Below, piece by piece: positions 12,471 to 26,560 of a DNA stretch of 64,000 nt. The translations under genes and the position numbers were made by a program. The notes beneath the pieces are model-generated. The model was not told the DNA's origin. It was given only the letters and a program-made list of their open reading frames with translations, and did no database searches. Position 1 is the first letter of the stretch; each line of letters starts with the position of its first letter. Source of the DNA: Octopus vulgaris (Eukaryota); NCBI GenBank assembly GCA_951406725.2, contig OX597816.1, positions 109,058,001 through 109,122,000 on the forward strand, in the 5' to 3' direction.

Positions 12471-13415
12471 TGTAGCAAGTCATAAAACGTGGCAATATGA
12501 CGTAATGGTCATTTGCCAGAACAAGCATAATTGTTGGTATCCCTTTGGTTAAAATTACTGCCCATATACGAATTCTAAATTTTCGTCAAAGAAATCTTTC
12601 ATGAAATATGGTTCTTAGAATTCGGATATGAGCAGTTATAAAAAAGCCTGATTTTTGGGAAATTACTCAGTAATCGTAGGATGTTACTAAACTCCACAAC
12701 ACTCACAATAGTGATAGTTGGATGTTACTAAACTCCATGACACTCACTCCTTGAGATATTGGCTATTTTTTATACCATATCTATAAAAATCCAACAAGAC
12801 TTATTTGAATTGTTGTGAACTCTAGTAGTTAGTATGAAGGATTAGCTAGTGTGAATTTTAAGTCATAACTCTCTACGACAAAATGATTTTACTTTCCAAT
12901 TTTACTATAAATGCTGAATTTACATAAATAAACTAATGTAGTAATTATTTTCTCTTTCTTCACACTCTTCAACTTGTTAATAAAATTTATTTCTGCAATT
13001 ATGAAACTGTATTTTTTTATAGCTGGTTTGGTTACTGTTTGTATAACACTACTTTTATATGTTTCCTATTTGGGAATAGATAATAAATATATTTTACTTT
13101 TGAAGTAGGAATATATATTGATAAACACGTCACTTATAACTCACTTATAAATGTTATCATTATACATAAATCCTGACTCCAGCTACATAAACGCCATAGT
13201 GAGAAATATATACACTGAAACGCTAACGGGCATTTTATGCGTACATGTATGTTGAAGATAAATAAATTTGTGTTCTTTTAATCATGAAAGATTTCTTTGA
13301 TGAAAGATTAGAATTCGTATATGGGTAGTAATTTTAACCAATGAGATACCAACAATTATGCTTGTTCGGGCAAATGACCATTATGTCATATTGCCGCCTT
13401 TTATGACTTGCTACA
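12471..13415. mobile_element. Non-autonomous DNA transposon with approximately 133-bp TIRs (TGTAGCAAGTCATAAAA...TTTTATGACTTGCTACA)
   Basis: 12471-~12604 is the reverse complement of ~13282-13415 with few mismatches. No clear TSD, so the superfamily is unassigned. Confidence 0.85.
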
Positions 13416-14181
13416 ACCTGTTTATCACTGATTATTAACCAAGTGCAGGTATGGCTATGTGGTTAGGTAATCCCTTTCAAAATCATACAGTTTCAAGTTC
13501 AATCTACCTGTGTGGCATCTTGGGCGAGTATCATCTATATAGCCTTGGGTTGGCCAATCTTTGTGAGTGAATTTACTAGACAGAAACTGCATGGAAGCCA
13601 CTGTATGCATACATCCCCTCATACTTATATGTATGCTTATATATTTATACATGTATGTGGATCTGTGTATTTGTGATTGTCTCTCAGTATCTTGTCTTTA
13701 TATATTACCTCTTAACAACCAGTTTTTGTCTATGTTCACGTAACTTAGTGAGTCTGTAAAATAGAGACCACTGGAATAAGTAACTAGGTTAAAAATAAAT
13801 ACTGGGGTCAGTTTGATTGACTAAAATATTAGAGGTGTTACCTTAGCATAGACACAGACTAATGCCTAAAACCAGTAAAAGAGAAAAGAACAAAAGAACA
13901 GCCAGTATTATCCTTGTTAATTGACTAGTTAGTCATTGTCAAATAACTTGTTTATTTCTGATAATTAACTATTGACTAATTGCTGACTTCCAATGAACAA
14001 TTTACCATATGTCAGTGACAAATTATTGGTAACCTTTTTATCACTGACAAGTTGATTATAATTTTGTTGTTGCTAGAAATGAGGTGGCTGAGTGGATAAG
14101 TTATCTATTCTTGACATTGGAAAATTACCCTGGGATGTTTTCTGCATAAAGAGCATAGTTAAATGCAGGCTAAAATTTTAA

Positions 14182-14385
14182 CCCTTTAGCATTTAAACTG
14201 GCTATATACAGCCTTTTTGTTCAAACTGGCCAAATCTGACTTCTCGTACCTATCTTACAATGGCATTAAAAAAAATAAGCAATTGCATCATTGAAATCTT
14301 GAGGTTACAAAATAATGACAGTTAATTCAGAACAATGTTAATAAATATGCATTTCATTTGACAGAGTAATCTGAGTGTTAAAGGG
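14182..14385. mobile_element. piggyBac-type MITE
   Basis: TTAA|CCCTTTA...TAAAGGG|TTAA; second copy of the same family at 27683-27889. Confidence 0.8.
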
Positions 14386-15676
14386 TTAATGTAAATCTCT
14401 AAAATTTTCTGTCAGTTGGAATTGTTCAAACCTGCTGCAGATATTTTATTTTTCATCAGAAGAACTTTATTCTATATTACCTAGCTGTCAGGGATAGTAT
14501 AAGATCTGTCTTTGAATGCTTCCTGTGGTAGACTTGTGTCTTATCCAGCAGGTTATTAGATCTCATTTGCTTATGCCATAAATGAAAGTGGGGCTATGCT
14601 AAGCACAACCTTTAAAATCCTTCCACACTTAGGCAGCTATTAATGTTCTTCTTTAATAATTCACTTTTGACTAATCATGAATTTATCCTGAAACATCATT
14701 AACCAGACATATTAATGCTACTATAAAAGTCATCAATTTGTCGATTGGGAATTTTATTAGTTTGATAGCATTTTCTTTAGTCCTCAATTTACATTTTATA
14801 ACTTTAGCAACTAAACCCTTCTTAGTTAAACTCATTTGACTTTTGTTGACAAACTAAGCTTTCTATAGTACCTGTCTATTGACAGAAGAAAGAACGGGGC
14901 TGTTGAGGTGTAGAAACTGTAGCCTTTTAGGCAGGGCCTTTTCATCAGAAGCCCTCCACCTGAAACAGCAAATGCAATTTCTGTAGGCACTCCTACCATT
15001 CTGGTGGTGGGATATGAACAAGCAGCACTTCAACTCATTGATTAGCTCATTATTTAAGATTGTTAATTATTATATGTTTATGACTTCAAGGTGAAAAGGG
15101 CAGTGTCCATTATGCTTGCCATGTCTCTAATAGTTGTGAGAATAAATGGCAGAAAAAAAAAAGAAAGCATGACTCAAGGGTTACTGCAGTAGGAAGAAGC
15201 ACATCCAGATACCCTCAAACTTGAAACTTAGCTTGAATATTAGCAACAGAGTGCACAGTACTAAATGTGCCCAATGTGGCGAATGAGGCGTATAATCCAT
15301 TTGATGGCTATGAACACAGTTTACATTTTTCCTTGTTTCATTTGCAAGGCTTCAGTTGACTGATGCTTAAGTAGAAAAATGTCCATGTGTTTTGAGAACT
15401 AAACTTCTTAACCACATGAACATGCTTGTGGGTGAGCTGTGACTGCCTTATATTTTATACATATCTTTTAAAATTTATCCCCCAAATTGTGTAGATAGTT
15501 ATTTGAAAGCCAAGAGATAAAGTGAAGCTGTTTTTATTTCTTATATTTCTATTACTAAGTTCTAGACATCTTGATTCATGCACGTGTGTGTGTGTGAATA
15601 CCTCTTTGTTAATGTGTGCTTGTATGTAGAGTTTAATGATCATTGTATAATTTTTTTTGTTTTGTTTATGTTCCAG

Positions 15677-15771
15677 GGTTGAAAAAGAATTGAATGATAT
15701 CCTTCAAAGTGAAAAACACCAAGAACCACAAACTGAAACTGAAAAATGGATGTACAATTATTTAGACAAAG
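15677..15771 (+). CDS. OS9: OS-9 coding exon (95 nt, phase 2-1), (M)VEKELNDILQSEKHQEPQTETEKWMYNYLDK
   Basis: ttccag acceptor and G|gtatgt donor. Restores phase 1. The EKELNDIL segment resembles the OS-9 middle region. Confidence 0.85.
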
Positions 15772-15826
15772 GTATGTTTGTGTGTGTTTGTGTATGTATA
15801 TATTTAGTTGTCAGTTTAGTAATTAA

Positions 15827-16046
15827 CCCTTTCGTTACTGTATTTATTTTGAGATGTTCTGTGTTTCTTTCAATTACTTTGAATATAACAAAGAATTTAC
15901 TAAAATAACTTAGTTATCATTCAGCTAGTGTTAGGAACATAAATTGTGACTAAGGTTTGGTGGAAGATTTTAATTCAAAACTTATGAAAACAAGACATTT
16001 GTACTCAGAGCCAGAGCTGGTTTCAGCCGGGTTGGTAATGAAAGGG
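15827..16046. mobile_element. piggyBac-type MITE (second family), 55 nt downstream of an OS-9 donor
   Basis: TTAA|CCCTTTCGTTAC...GTAATGAAAGGG|TTAA. Confidence 0.82.
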
Positions 16047-16199
16047 TTAAGGATAATAATGAAATATGTACTGGCATTTATAATAAAACAGAAGATTTTG
16101 GTTTCCAAGTGGCTTTAATGCCATGGTTCAGTTGTAGAATTCCTTCTTTTATTGCTTATGGTGTTTTTTTGGGGCAAATTGTCAGATATAGTACTATTA

Positions 16200-17345
16200 T
16201 TAATAATGCTAATAAATTTTTGGGAAAATAATAAATTAAGACATTTAGTAAAACAAGGTTAAAACTTTTAATCGCTGTTTAGGTGGGAGACTTGAAATTT
16301 TAAATAAATATGGGGTAATATCTAGTCTTCAACTTAGCAAATATTTGTAAAGATTTAGAATGTTTATGATTCGAGTTATTTGCTTACTACATCACTAATA
16401 TTGTTCAAGTCAATGGAAGAAGTAGTAATTACACACTACATCATCAATAGTTAAGATAGTCTTTTAAGTTTGATAAAACATTTAAGTGTTAATGCTTTGT
16501 AATTTTACTATCTTTTAAACAGTTTTGATAAATCGTAGCCAGGTTTTAGAATAATAGTTAATTACAAGTATACTTTTATTAGTTCCTATATAACAAAATT
16601 TATTTTTTCTTTAGTTACTGGTAATTTTACATTAAAGCTTGTAAGGGTAATTAATATATATTAATGAGTATGTCGTGTTTTTATTATTAACTTTTGAATT
16701 ATGAAATAATGTATTTCACTCTTAATTATTATATTATTCGTTAAATTAAATTCAGTCGTGTTTTGTTTTGGAGAGAATTGAATATTAAGCTTTCACTTTT
16801 TTTATTATAGTAGTAACTATGGCAGACTGGTGGGGTTATTTTTTGTATGGACTTAAAGATTGGTTGCTATTTAGTATATAATTTAGTTATTATAGGTTTA
16901 CTATTAATACCAATACAGATGTACATAGATTTATGTGTTTCTTTGTTGTAGTTTAATTTTGAAGTTAGTGTTTAACCCTGCCTATATTTAGATTGAATGT
17001 GGTTATTAAGCTTTCACTTTTATTATACTATGGAAGACTGTAGGGAATATTTTTTGTATGACTTAAAGGTTTGGTAGCTGTTTAGTTGCATATTTAGGAG
17101 TTGGTTATAGATTTACTTATTTAATTTATTTACCGATACTGTTGTACATAGGGTAAGTATGTTTGAAAGTTGTGGTTTTTTTGGTATGTTTGTTCCTAAA
17201 CAACACTTATTTTAGTGCTGTTGACACTGCCTGATTGAATGGTAGGTTACTCTATACTTATGTAGAGTACAGATTGTAATTCTTATAAAAGAATCTTGTT
17301 GTCAGTGACTTTGAACTTTTGGCTACCTAACCCATCGCTGGACTG

Positions 17346-17385
<40 letters not shown>

Positions 17386-18050
17386 ATCTTCACATATACC
17401 TATGTATGTGTTTGTATCTATCATCTTATCTATCTGCTTTTCTGTCTGTCTGTCTATTTCTCCATCCATCCATCCATTCACCCTCTTAAAAGTAAAGACT
17501 TCACTGTTACTACAGTGAAGTCTTTACTTAATATATATTTAATATTTATGTGTGTTTTTATCTGTTATATCATCTCAGATTTATAACAATTGAGAAATGA
17601 AGGTATTGGAATGTTTATAGCATTTTTAATAGCTCTTATTTTAATTAATATTCTCATCATATTTCTCAAAATAAAAAAAAAATATTTGTTGTATTGTTTA
17701 AATTTGTGATTTAAATAAATATAGTTAATGTGGTATAGTTATTATTTTTAAGAAATGCTATGCAATTTTTATTGTAGTAAGTTTATTGATATTACATTTA
17801 TGTGTAAGTTTAAATGAATTATTATGGTAATTAGTTTTAATGAAAATATTGAGGGATAAGATTTTTATATTTTGGTGAGATTATTTAGTTAATATTGGGT
17901 GGGTGTAAGTTGAGTTATAAGATTTTCTTACAAATATTGATTATCATAATGGTAAAGTATAATTGTAATTCTTTAATAAAATAAATTGTTTTGATTTGAA
18001 AAAAAATTATGTATAATGTTAAAATGAGCATTGAGATATGAATATGTAAT
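16200..18050 (-). mobile_element. Highly decayed Penelope-like element remnant with an internal approximately 220-bp duplication
   Basis: Minus-strand peptide traces resemble the post-RT region seen at 25680-25830; duplicated block about 16780-16960 versus 17000-17190. Very degenerate. Confidence 0.4.
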
Positions 18051-18534
18051 TAAATACACTTTATCAATATTAATAATGGCTGCAGGCCATTATTAATATG
18101 GGATTCAAATTTTGGCACAAGGCCAGCAAGTTTAGAGGAGGGGGTAAATTGATTAGATTACTCCAATTCTTAACTGGTGTATTGACTCTCAAAAGGACGA
18201 AAGGTTAAGTTGACCGTGGCAGCATTTGAACTTAGGACGTAAAAAACGGTCAAAATGCTGCTAAGCATTTTGCCCAGTGTGCTCACAGTGCTACCAGCTC
18301 GCTGTCTTCAATCATTATTAATATTGATATTAAAACCAAGGTGATGAACTGGCAGAATCGGTAGCACACTGAGCAGAATGCATGGAGGTATTTCGTCTGT
18401 TTCCCTTTCTCCTGAAACTGCAGGTCTTGTACCAAAATTTGAAACCAATGTTAAGATACAAACCAGTGTCATTTGTAAATGTTGGTCATTACTTCAAACC
18501 AGTTTCTTATCAACCCCCACACTTTGATTAATAC

Positions 18535-18830
18535 TGCAGTGGTTAGAGCATTAGCCTCATAATCATGAGGTTATGAGTTCGATTCCCGGACCGGGCTGTG
18601 TGTTTTGTTCTTGAGCAAGATGAGTTGTGATATCACTGGTGCCAAGCTGTATTGGTGTTTGCCTTTTCCTTAGATAACAATGGTGGTGTGGAGAGGAAAG
18701 GCTGTTATGCATGGGTGACTGCTGGTCTTCCATAAACAACCTTGCCCAGATTTGTGTCTCAGAGGGTAACTTTCTAGGTACAATCCCATGTTCATTCATG
18801 ACCGAAAGGGGTCTTTACCCTTTTACCCTT
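18535..18830 (+). mobile_element. SINE family C copy
   Basis: tRNA-like head gcagtggttagagc...gagttcgattcccgg; tail gaccgaaagggggtctttacccttttaccc; matches 8405-8745. Confidence 0.78.
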
Positions 18831-19002
18831 TCTATTGTATATAATTTATATTGTGTGTATGTATGTATAATTTTTATTTATGTTGATGGGGCTGTGCATG
18901 TGTTTTGTATGTGATGGAAAATGTATGTGAACATATTTGTTGGTTGTTTGCTGTTTTAAATGTTTAAACTTTGAATTTCAAACTTCATTGAGCACATATG
19001 TC

Positions 19003-19034
<32 letters not shown>

Positions 19035-20329
19035 TGTATGTATGTATGTATGTATGTTTGTGTGTATGCATGCATATATGCATATGTGTGTGTGTGTGTA
19101 AGTGTTTAAGTGTGTATATATCAATTATCTTTGTCATCGTCATCATTTTGCATGATAATGGGGTTGGACACTGTGACAGGATCTAATGCATCGGAGGACC
19201 ATGTCTTGCTTCAGTGACACAATTTTAGCTTGCTATCTCTACCTGGTTGCTCTTCCTTACACATTCACTTTACAGATTATACTGTGTCAACTTTTTGTGG
19301 CACCAGCATTACTGAGGTTGTCTTACCTTCAGCAACACTAATGAGTCCTCTTTAATTATGTGCTGTCTCTGCTTGATTTGCCAACTACTTTACAAACTGT
19401 AGTGAGTGTGCTTTTGCATGCCACCAGCACTAGTGAAGTTGCCTTGTAACTTGTAAGGTGGAAGAGCTTTTGTGACTGAAAGAAAGAATTGGAATGAGTA
19501 ATGACTTTTGGTGGGGAGTTGAGGGAAGTTACAGTATGATGGGAGGAATGGATTTTTTGCTGTAAAAAGGTGATAGGGCAGAGAGTAACAAAAGAGACAA
19601 TGTATTGGACAAATTATAAAAGGTACAGGTGAGAGGGAAAGAGAACTGTTTGGGGGATAATGAGAAAGAAAGAAGACCAGAGTAGTAGGAATGATGGGCT
19701 TGAGTAGGAGGAACCTAATGCTATTGCAAGTTATATATTCTGTCATCATTATTTTACAGCTGGTTTCATGCTGGGATAGATCGATGTTTTGTCAGAATCT
19801 AAAACTATTCATATTGAAATTACAGCCTTCTTGGACAAGTTTTAGGGATTATGTCTTGCTTAGACATTGTAGTTTTTGGTATGGATTCTACAGCTGGATG
19901 TCCTTCTTAACATCAACCACTTTACAGCATGTACTGGATATATTTTTCATGGCACCAGCATCCTTGAAGTCACCTTGTAACTCAAGGAATTAAAGAAGTC
20001 CACACAACTGAGAGTAAAAATTGAAGAGGGAGTGAGAAGTTAAAATGTGACAGGAAGGATGCGGTAGTGGAGAGACTAAGGGAGAAAAAGCTTTATGGAA
20101 GGAAGTAATATGAGGGAAGGGAAAAGTAAGAAGGAAAGTGTGGTGTCAGATACCTTGAGAGAGAGAGAGAGTGTCAGAGAGTGATAAGGACAATGGAGTG
20201 GGTTGAGTAAGAGGATAGATGGAGTGGGAGGAGTTGTAGTGAGGGAGATAAAGATGCTTGTGAGGATGATGATGAGGAGGTGCTAGGGCATTTTCTCAAT
20301 TTAGCATATTCAAAAAGATTTACATTGGG

Positions 20330-20940
20330 TAGATCTTATAGGATTTTCACAGGCCTCCTTTCTAACAAACAGAGCACAGCTATTTTTCTGATACTAGAAG
20401 CGCACTGTCATTTTATTTACTAAAACTTTTGTTCCAGTTAAGTTTACTTTAAAGTCCTTCAATTCTAGATTCTAGATTTTACTTCTGTGTCTGGAATTTT
20501 TGTTTCAATTCTTCTGCAAGTTATGCTATAAGAGCTAAGTCATCAGCATGCAAGACTTAACAAAAGTAGAGTAGCTATTCTTAAATTACTCTGTTATGGT
20601 TTGGAGAACTGTAACGAGCAGGAGTTGAAGGGACAAGGCTGGGAATTGAGCCCCAATGGACCCACTGTCTGTGCACTAATTTCATTATTGAACTCCTTGC
20701 TGATTTTCGCATTGCTAGTTGCTCCTTCTGCACATATCTTGTTTGAGGCTCACAAGCCATTCAGCTACTCCTAGTTTCCTTAGCAACCATCAGATCACAG
20801 TACAAGGGATTCTGTTAAAGGCCTTCTCCAAATTGAGGAACACTTGGTATAGGGGTTTACACCTAGCTTTGTGCATATGTTTGTGTGTGTAGTTCTAGTT
20901 GATGCTGTCTTTTCTTTTTAGTCAAGTGGTTTGTGGTTGT
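20330..20940 (-). mobile_element. Decayed LINE (RTE-like) reverse transcriptase fragment
   Basis: Minus-strand GVHWGSIPS...VLHADDLALIA*LAEELKQKF...NLES corresponds to GVHQGS..SP and YADDL RT motifs, with stops. Confidence 0.7.
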
Positions 20941-21415
20941 TGTTTGTTTTCATGTCTAATTTGATCAATTCATGTGTATCACGCCTGCAGATCCAGCAGG
21001 CCAGATCTTACTTATCCTGGTTCCCATGGCATTTAAACAGCTTGGGAGTACAAGACTTCTCCTCTGAACAAGATACCAGTCAGTTGAAAGTGTTAGTAAC
21101 CCAAAGCCCCTCCCCACCACACCAGCTGTTGCTGGGGCTAATTTTCAACTGATTGGACTGAAGCAGCATGAAACAGCCTGTTGCATATATTGTGTGTGTG
21201 TGTGTGTGTGTGTATGTGTGTGTGTGTGTACTTCTGTTTGTTTTTCGTCATTTGACTATTAATATTGTTTTTTTATTTTATCTTTTATGTCCCCATAACA
21301 AGAGACCCCATAGAATGAGTAGCAGGCTTATGAAATAAGTACTGGGGTTGATTTGGTTGACTAAACCCTTAAAGGCAGTGCCCCAGCCCAATAAATGAAA
21401 TAATTGAAAGACTCC

Positions 21416-21468
<53 letters not shown>

Positions 21469-21472
21469 CATG

Positions 21473-21527
<55 letters not shown>

Positions 21528-22689
21528 TTGTACACGTATGCAGGCACAAACAGACACAGATGCATATATGCACACACACACATACACACACACACACAGA
21601 CAGTGGTATTTATCGTGTGTATGTACATACATATGCATTAACTTGGGGAGAAAAAATGTGTTAAGAAAATTGCTTCAGCGAAATGTTTATTTTTAGTCTA
21701 ACTAAAGAAATATTGTAAAAATTATCATTCCTGTCAGCTGCTAATAATCACATCAACTGCTTACAGCAATCACTGTAAGTAGTGTTGTCTAGAAGTCTGG
21801 CTTTTCTTCCTCCTTTGTCTCTCTATTCTCTTCCTTGTTGTTTCCTCTATAAAATTTGTGTTACTACTTCTATGATATCTAACTTGCTTTCTCTCTTGCT
21901 GTCTGTTTCCTCCTCTTCTCCTCTCCACATCGTGTTTTGCTGCCATCAAGCTATAGTTTTATTGTTTGTGAAAAGAAGGTTGAGTTCTTCCACCCACTCT
22001 TTACCCTGACCTTCACCTACTATTCTGGCAGTCATACCTTATTGATGTCAAACCAGCTACTGCCCTCCCCATCCTACAATGAGTGATGCCAACCATGCCC
22101 AGCAGCTCTGTAACTTATTTTCCTTACTGTTTCTTCACCATGGCTGTTGAATTCATTTACATCATTGTCATCATCATCATTGTCTATGGCATCTTAATAG
22201 CTCCTTAGTACCACACTCAAAACCAGTGTCCTTTCACTTCTGTCTCACTGAATTCCTTCTTGTACTATCATCATCATCATTTAATATCCGCCTTCCATGC
22301 TGGCATGAGTTGGATGGTTTTGACAGGAGCTGGCAACCCAGAAGGCTGTATCAAGTTCCACTGTCTGCTTTGGCATGGTTTCTATGGTTGAACACCCTTC
22401 CTAATGCCAACCACTTTACATAGTGTACTGGGTGTTTTTAAATGGCACCAGCACCAGTGGGGTCACCAAATAACTTGCATGACACGACCCTGCAATTGAT
22501 GTCGGAGTAGTATTGAGGGAGGTACCTTTGTGCCAGGTGAAAACTATTTCTCTTTCTCCACAAATGTCTGCTAAAAGATGAATAGAGTAGTGATGCATAA
22601 TAAAATTGCTCTCAATTATGATAGTCTGCTTGTTGGCAACAATGAAGTTTAAATTTTTGTTCTGACTTTTAAGGTGTTATATTAGTGAC

Positions 22690-23545
22690 TACCAGTGCCA
22701 TCTCATTTACTAGAAAGCTGCTCATTCTTTTTGTCTCCATTGTTTAATATTTCCACTGGCTCTAATACATTCATCAGCTTCCTCAACATTTCTCTCTACT
22801 GACACCATCCTCCTCTCTACCTTGGTTTGCTGTAAATCTACAGACTCCTGTTTCAGCTTTTCTTTCTCACATCCCTCCCCAATGTACTAAATTTGCCATC
22901 ACTTTCTCAAAATTTTTCCATCTCTGTTGCCTCTGTAGTAAAGTCTTTGATTCCAGTATCAATCTGAAGCAAGTGCATCACTTTTTACATTGGAACCTTC
23001 AGCTTGTAGATACTACTGCCAGTTGTAGGTAGTGTCTGCCTACTACATAGCAGGTTGCTGCACAGCTGCCATGAATGGTTTTCCCCCCTTGCTTTTCACC
23101 CTGTGACCTTTTTACTTAGCACACCAACCTCTTCAACTTCTGCTCTCTTGCAATCTGATCTTGTAATTACTCCATTCTTTTCTGAGTCACTACTCTGCCT
23201 TTCAGAAGGGACAAAAATTCATGTTACATTATGATCAGAAGTTCCCTTGTCTCTAACTCTATTCAATCTGGAGCCTATATTTGCTCCTGCTCCTGATCTT
23301 CTTTTATCTCCTAAACCAAATTTCTATTAAGGTTTATAGTTATTGTAATTGACTTCTTCAGCTGTACTTCCTCTAATTTACTGCTTAGCATGCAAGCTCT
23401 GCAGTATGCTATATATAGGCCTGTAACTAATTGTTATCCTAGTTTCCATAAAACAGCCAATCACTGTTTGGCTGCTCGTTTATGGGAACATCTTGATGTC
23501 TGTAACAACATCCAGGAAATCTTCAAGCCCTTAGCCCTCCACTTT
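22690..23545 (+). mobile_element. Decayed Penelope-like element (RT thumb plus GIY-YIG remnant)
   Basis: TDS....SHPPQCTKFAITFSKFFHLCCLCS-like segment near 22840-22940; FSCTSSN...RLWEHL...PLALHFN in and near ORF 23390..23653. Confidence 0.6.
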
Positions 23546-24039
23546 AACTCGAGAGTTCCTATGAGTAACCAGTGTGAACTTTTCAGAACTGTAATAAATG
23601 GGATGAGATTGAAAACCCATAGACTCTTTCCTGCACACTTAATTTGTCATTGAGTTTATTAGTAACTTCTACTTTGCTGACAGCACCTCTGTACTTGGCT
23701 TCCATGACTTTTACAAGCCAATCTTTCACTCCCAGTTGTTTTGGCAGCCACTACCCAAGGGGCATGGTATCCTTTTCAAAGGAAACTGATGCTAAGAATA
23801 TTGATTTGTTCTTGGTTTAGGACTTCTCTTGTAATTGTCTCATTAAGAAGAGAATATTGATATTGATGATTCTTTTACCTAGTACAAACTCTAACTATAT
23901 TTCATCCAATCTAGTCCTCTCCATGATTAGCTTTGCCATAACAAAGTGTCTCTTCCAGTATTTGGTCCATCAATATAATGTTTCTGTAGATAGTTCTTTC
24001 TAAAGCACTGCATTTGCCTTTCTAGCAGTTCACAATGCT

Positions 24040-24432
24040 ATACCGACAACATTATTATAATAATATTCAGATGTAATATTATTCAAAACTACTTAAAACA
24101 AGCATCCATATATATAACATCAAGAGTGAAGTGAAAAATGTAGCAAAAATCCTGACACTTGACAGTAGACTATCTTAGCTACATTCCAAGCATACACAAG
24201 AATTAAAAACCATAAAAATAATTGTATCTAGTTCTAAATATAGGTTAATCCACCCAGCTAAATCTGAGACAGGTTTTGTCAGTAAGAATATTTTAAATAA
24301 CTGGAACTATAACATTAAGTCAGTTATCAATCTGCAACAATGGAACTGTTGAGTTTGACTTATTATCTCTAATTCCTGTCTATTTTAATGCACTCAGAAC
24401 TATAACATAGATGATAATGATATAGATTATAA

Positions 24433-24481
<49 letters not shown>

Positions 24482-26110
24482 GCATGTTTGGAAAATCCTA
24501 TTCGTTGATGAAGACAATTCTTCCTGGTTAAAAAAATATCTGATTTAATAGATTCTTTTGATGTAAGAATGGGATTGTATGATAGTGTGAAGATTTGCAG
24601 GATTTTACATTTTGGATGTACTTATTAAAAAATTTACAATAGTTTTTGGTCTTTGCAGAAATGATGGATTGACTCTATAAAAAATCACAAATGGACATAT
24701 TAGACAAATAAAGGAAGGATATTATCCACAATTTAATACTTTTAGTCTAAGAATGACTATAGCCACTAATTTAACTATAGAAAATTTTCTTAGTGTTACC
24801 TTACATTTAACTACTAAGATATTTATATCAAATCTTCAGAAAAGCCTTTAAAAAAAAACTCAACCCTCTACTCCATAGATCATATCACCCATTATTTTAA
24901 GAATCTCATCAATAAGATCAATAGAAGGGTTTTCAGTTTGCCTTTCAATAAATAAATTTTTCCTAGCTTATAGATTTCAGGATAGAATTACTATATCTGA
25001 AATATAATTGTGAATAAAATGTGATACCTTGTTTTGTATCCATCTCAGTCCCTCTATATCTTTAATCTCTCAACTGGCACAAATCCACACCCCAGTGCTT
25101 TTCATCCCCAGTTGAAGGGTCTTTGCTTTAATTTTTTTGTCTTGCAAGGTTTTTAGTGGCTCTCTCAATGCTGGTGTCATAGAAAAAGCATCAGCACTGG
25201 TGCTGGTACCACATAAAATGCGTTGGTGCCATATAAAATGTACTGGTATCACATAAAATGCACCCATGCTGGTGCCATGTAAAAAGCACCCAAAACTATG
25301 TAAAGTGATTGGTGTTAGGAAGGACATTCAGCTGTAGAAACCATGCCAAGATAATTGTGCTTGGTATGGCTTCTGGCCTTGCCAGCTCCTGTCAAACTAT
25401 CCTGCCCATGACTGCATAGTAAACAGATGTTAAATGATTATGATGATGATGATCATATCAGTAATATATTTGACCCTCTTATTTTTGTTTTACACATGCG
25501 TACAATGTTAACACCCAATTTTGACTTTGATGTTTTGTATTAAATTTCCTGCATTTTATGGGAGTTAATTCCTCAAATTTTCCTCACTTAATTTCTCACC
25601 TGCTCCCTCAAAAAGAATATGTGCCATAATTATATGGTTTACACTCTTCTTTTCACAAGTTTTATATCTTTCCACTCAATTATATATTTAATATTGCAAA
25701 CACTTTTCTAATCTTAATAGGTAAACACTTCCCACCAATCTTAATTATCTAAAATTTTTTAACAGGCAAAATCTTAAATTAAGCTTAAGTGGTCCCTCAA
25801 ATATGGAAAACATAACATCACATATACCCATCAATAAAACCAAGCCACTTGCTTGTTTGAAAACACCAGTATTTGTTATATAGGTTAACTCTATAAACTT
25901 TGACATTGAACATGATACATAGTCATGACTGAAGAAAATTCAAGGTAAAGATTCTACAAACGTACATCCTTTTTTAGACATCAAAATAGTGACAAAACTG
26001 ACTACAACTGACTAAAGAAAAAGAGAAACTTGCAACAACAGCATTCAATGGAAAATTATTGAAATATCTAAACTCTACAAAAGTTTTGATCTTTGTAAAG
26101 TAGACAAAGG
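24040..26110 (+). mobile_element. Decayed Penelope-like element, interrupted by (TA)n and an RTE tail
   Basis: RLIHPAKSETGFVSKNIL (about 24240), FDVRMGLYD (about 24557), NFLSVTLHL (about 24782), FLILIGKHFP...FFNRQNLKLS (about 25700), TEE...RFY (about 25928). These are characteristic PLE RT, thumb and GIY-YIG motifs with many stops. Confidence 0.72.
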
Positions 26111-26154
26111 AATCCTCAAAAACCTGCATATCTATGAGTTCTATTTGAACATAG

Positions 26155-26560
26155 ATGCTGGCATGGCTGTGTGGTTAGAAGCTTGCTTCCTAACTACATA
26201 GTTCCAGGTCCAGTCCCACTGTACAGCACCTTGGATAAGTGTCTTGTACTATAGCCTCAAGCTGACCAAAGTCTTGTGAGTGGATTTGGTAGATGGAATC
26301 TGAAAGAAGCCCATCGTATATATGAATGTGTGCATGTGAGTGTCTTTGCATCTGTGTTTGTGCCCCATCACTGTTTGTCAACAGGTATTGGTGTGTTTAT
26401 GTTCCCATAACTTAGTGATTCGGCAAAAGCGACTAATAGAATGAGCACTAGGCTTAAAAGAATTAAGTCCTGGAGTTGATTTGTTTGACTAAAATAACTC
26501 TTCAAGGCAGTGCCCCAGCATGGCCACAGTCAAAATGACCGAAACAAGTAAGAGATAAAA
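26155..26560 (+). mobile_element. SINE family A copy
   Basis: Full-length match to family A. Confidence 0.85.

Noticed and set aside
21278-21696. Many ORFs rich in YIYI, CVCV and HTHT (here and at 7.3, 10.7, 44-47 and 61 kb)
   Set aside because: Translations of (TA)n and (CA)n microsatellites.
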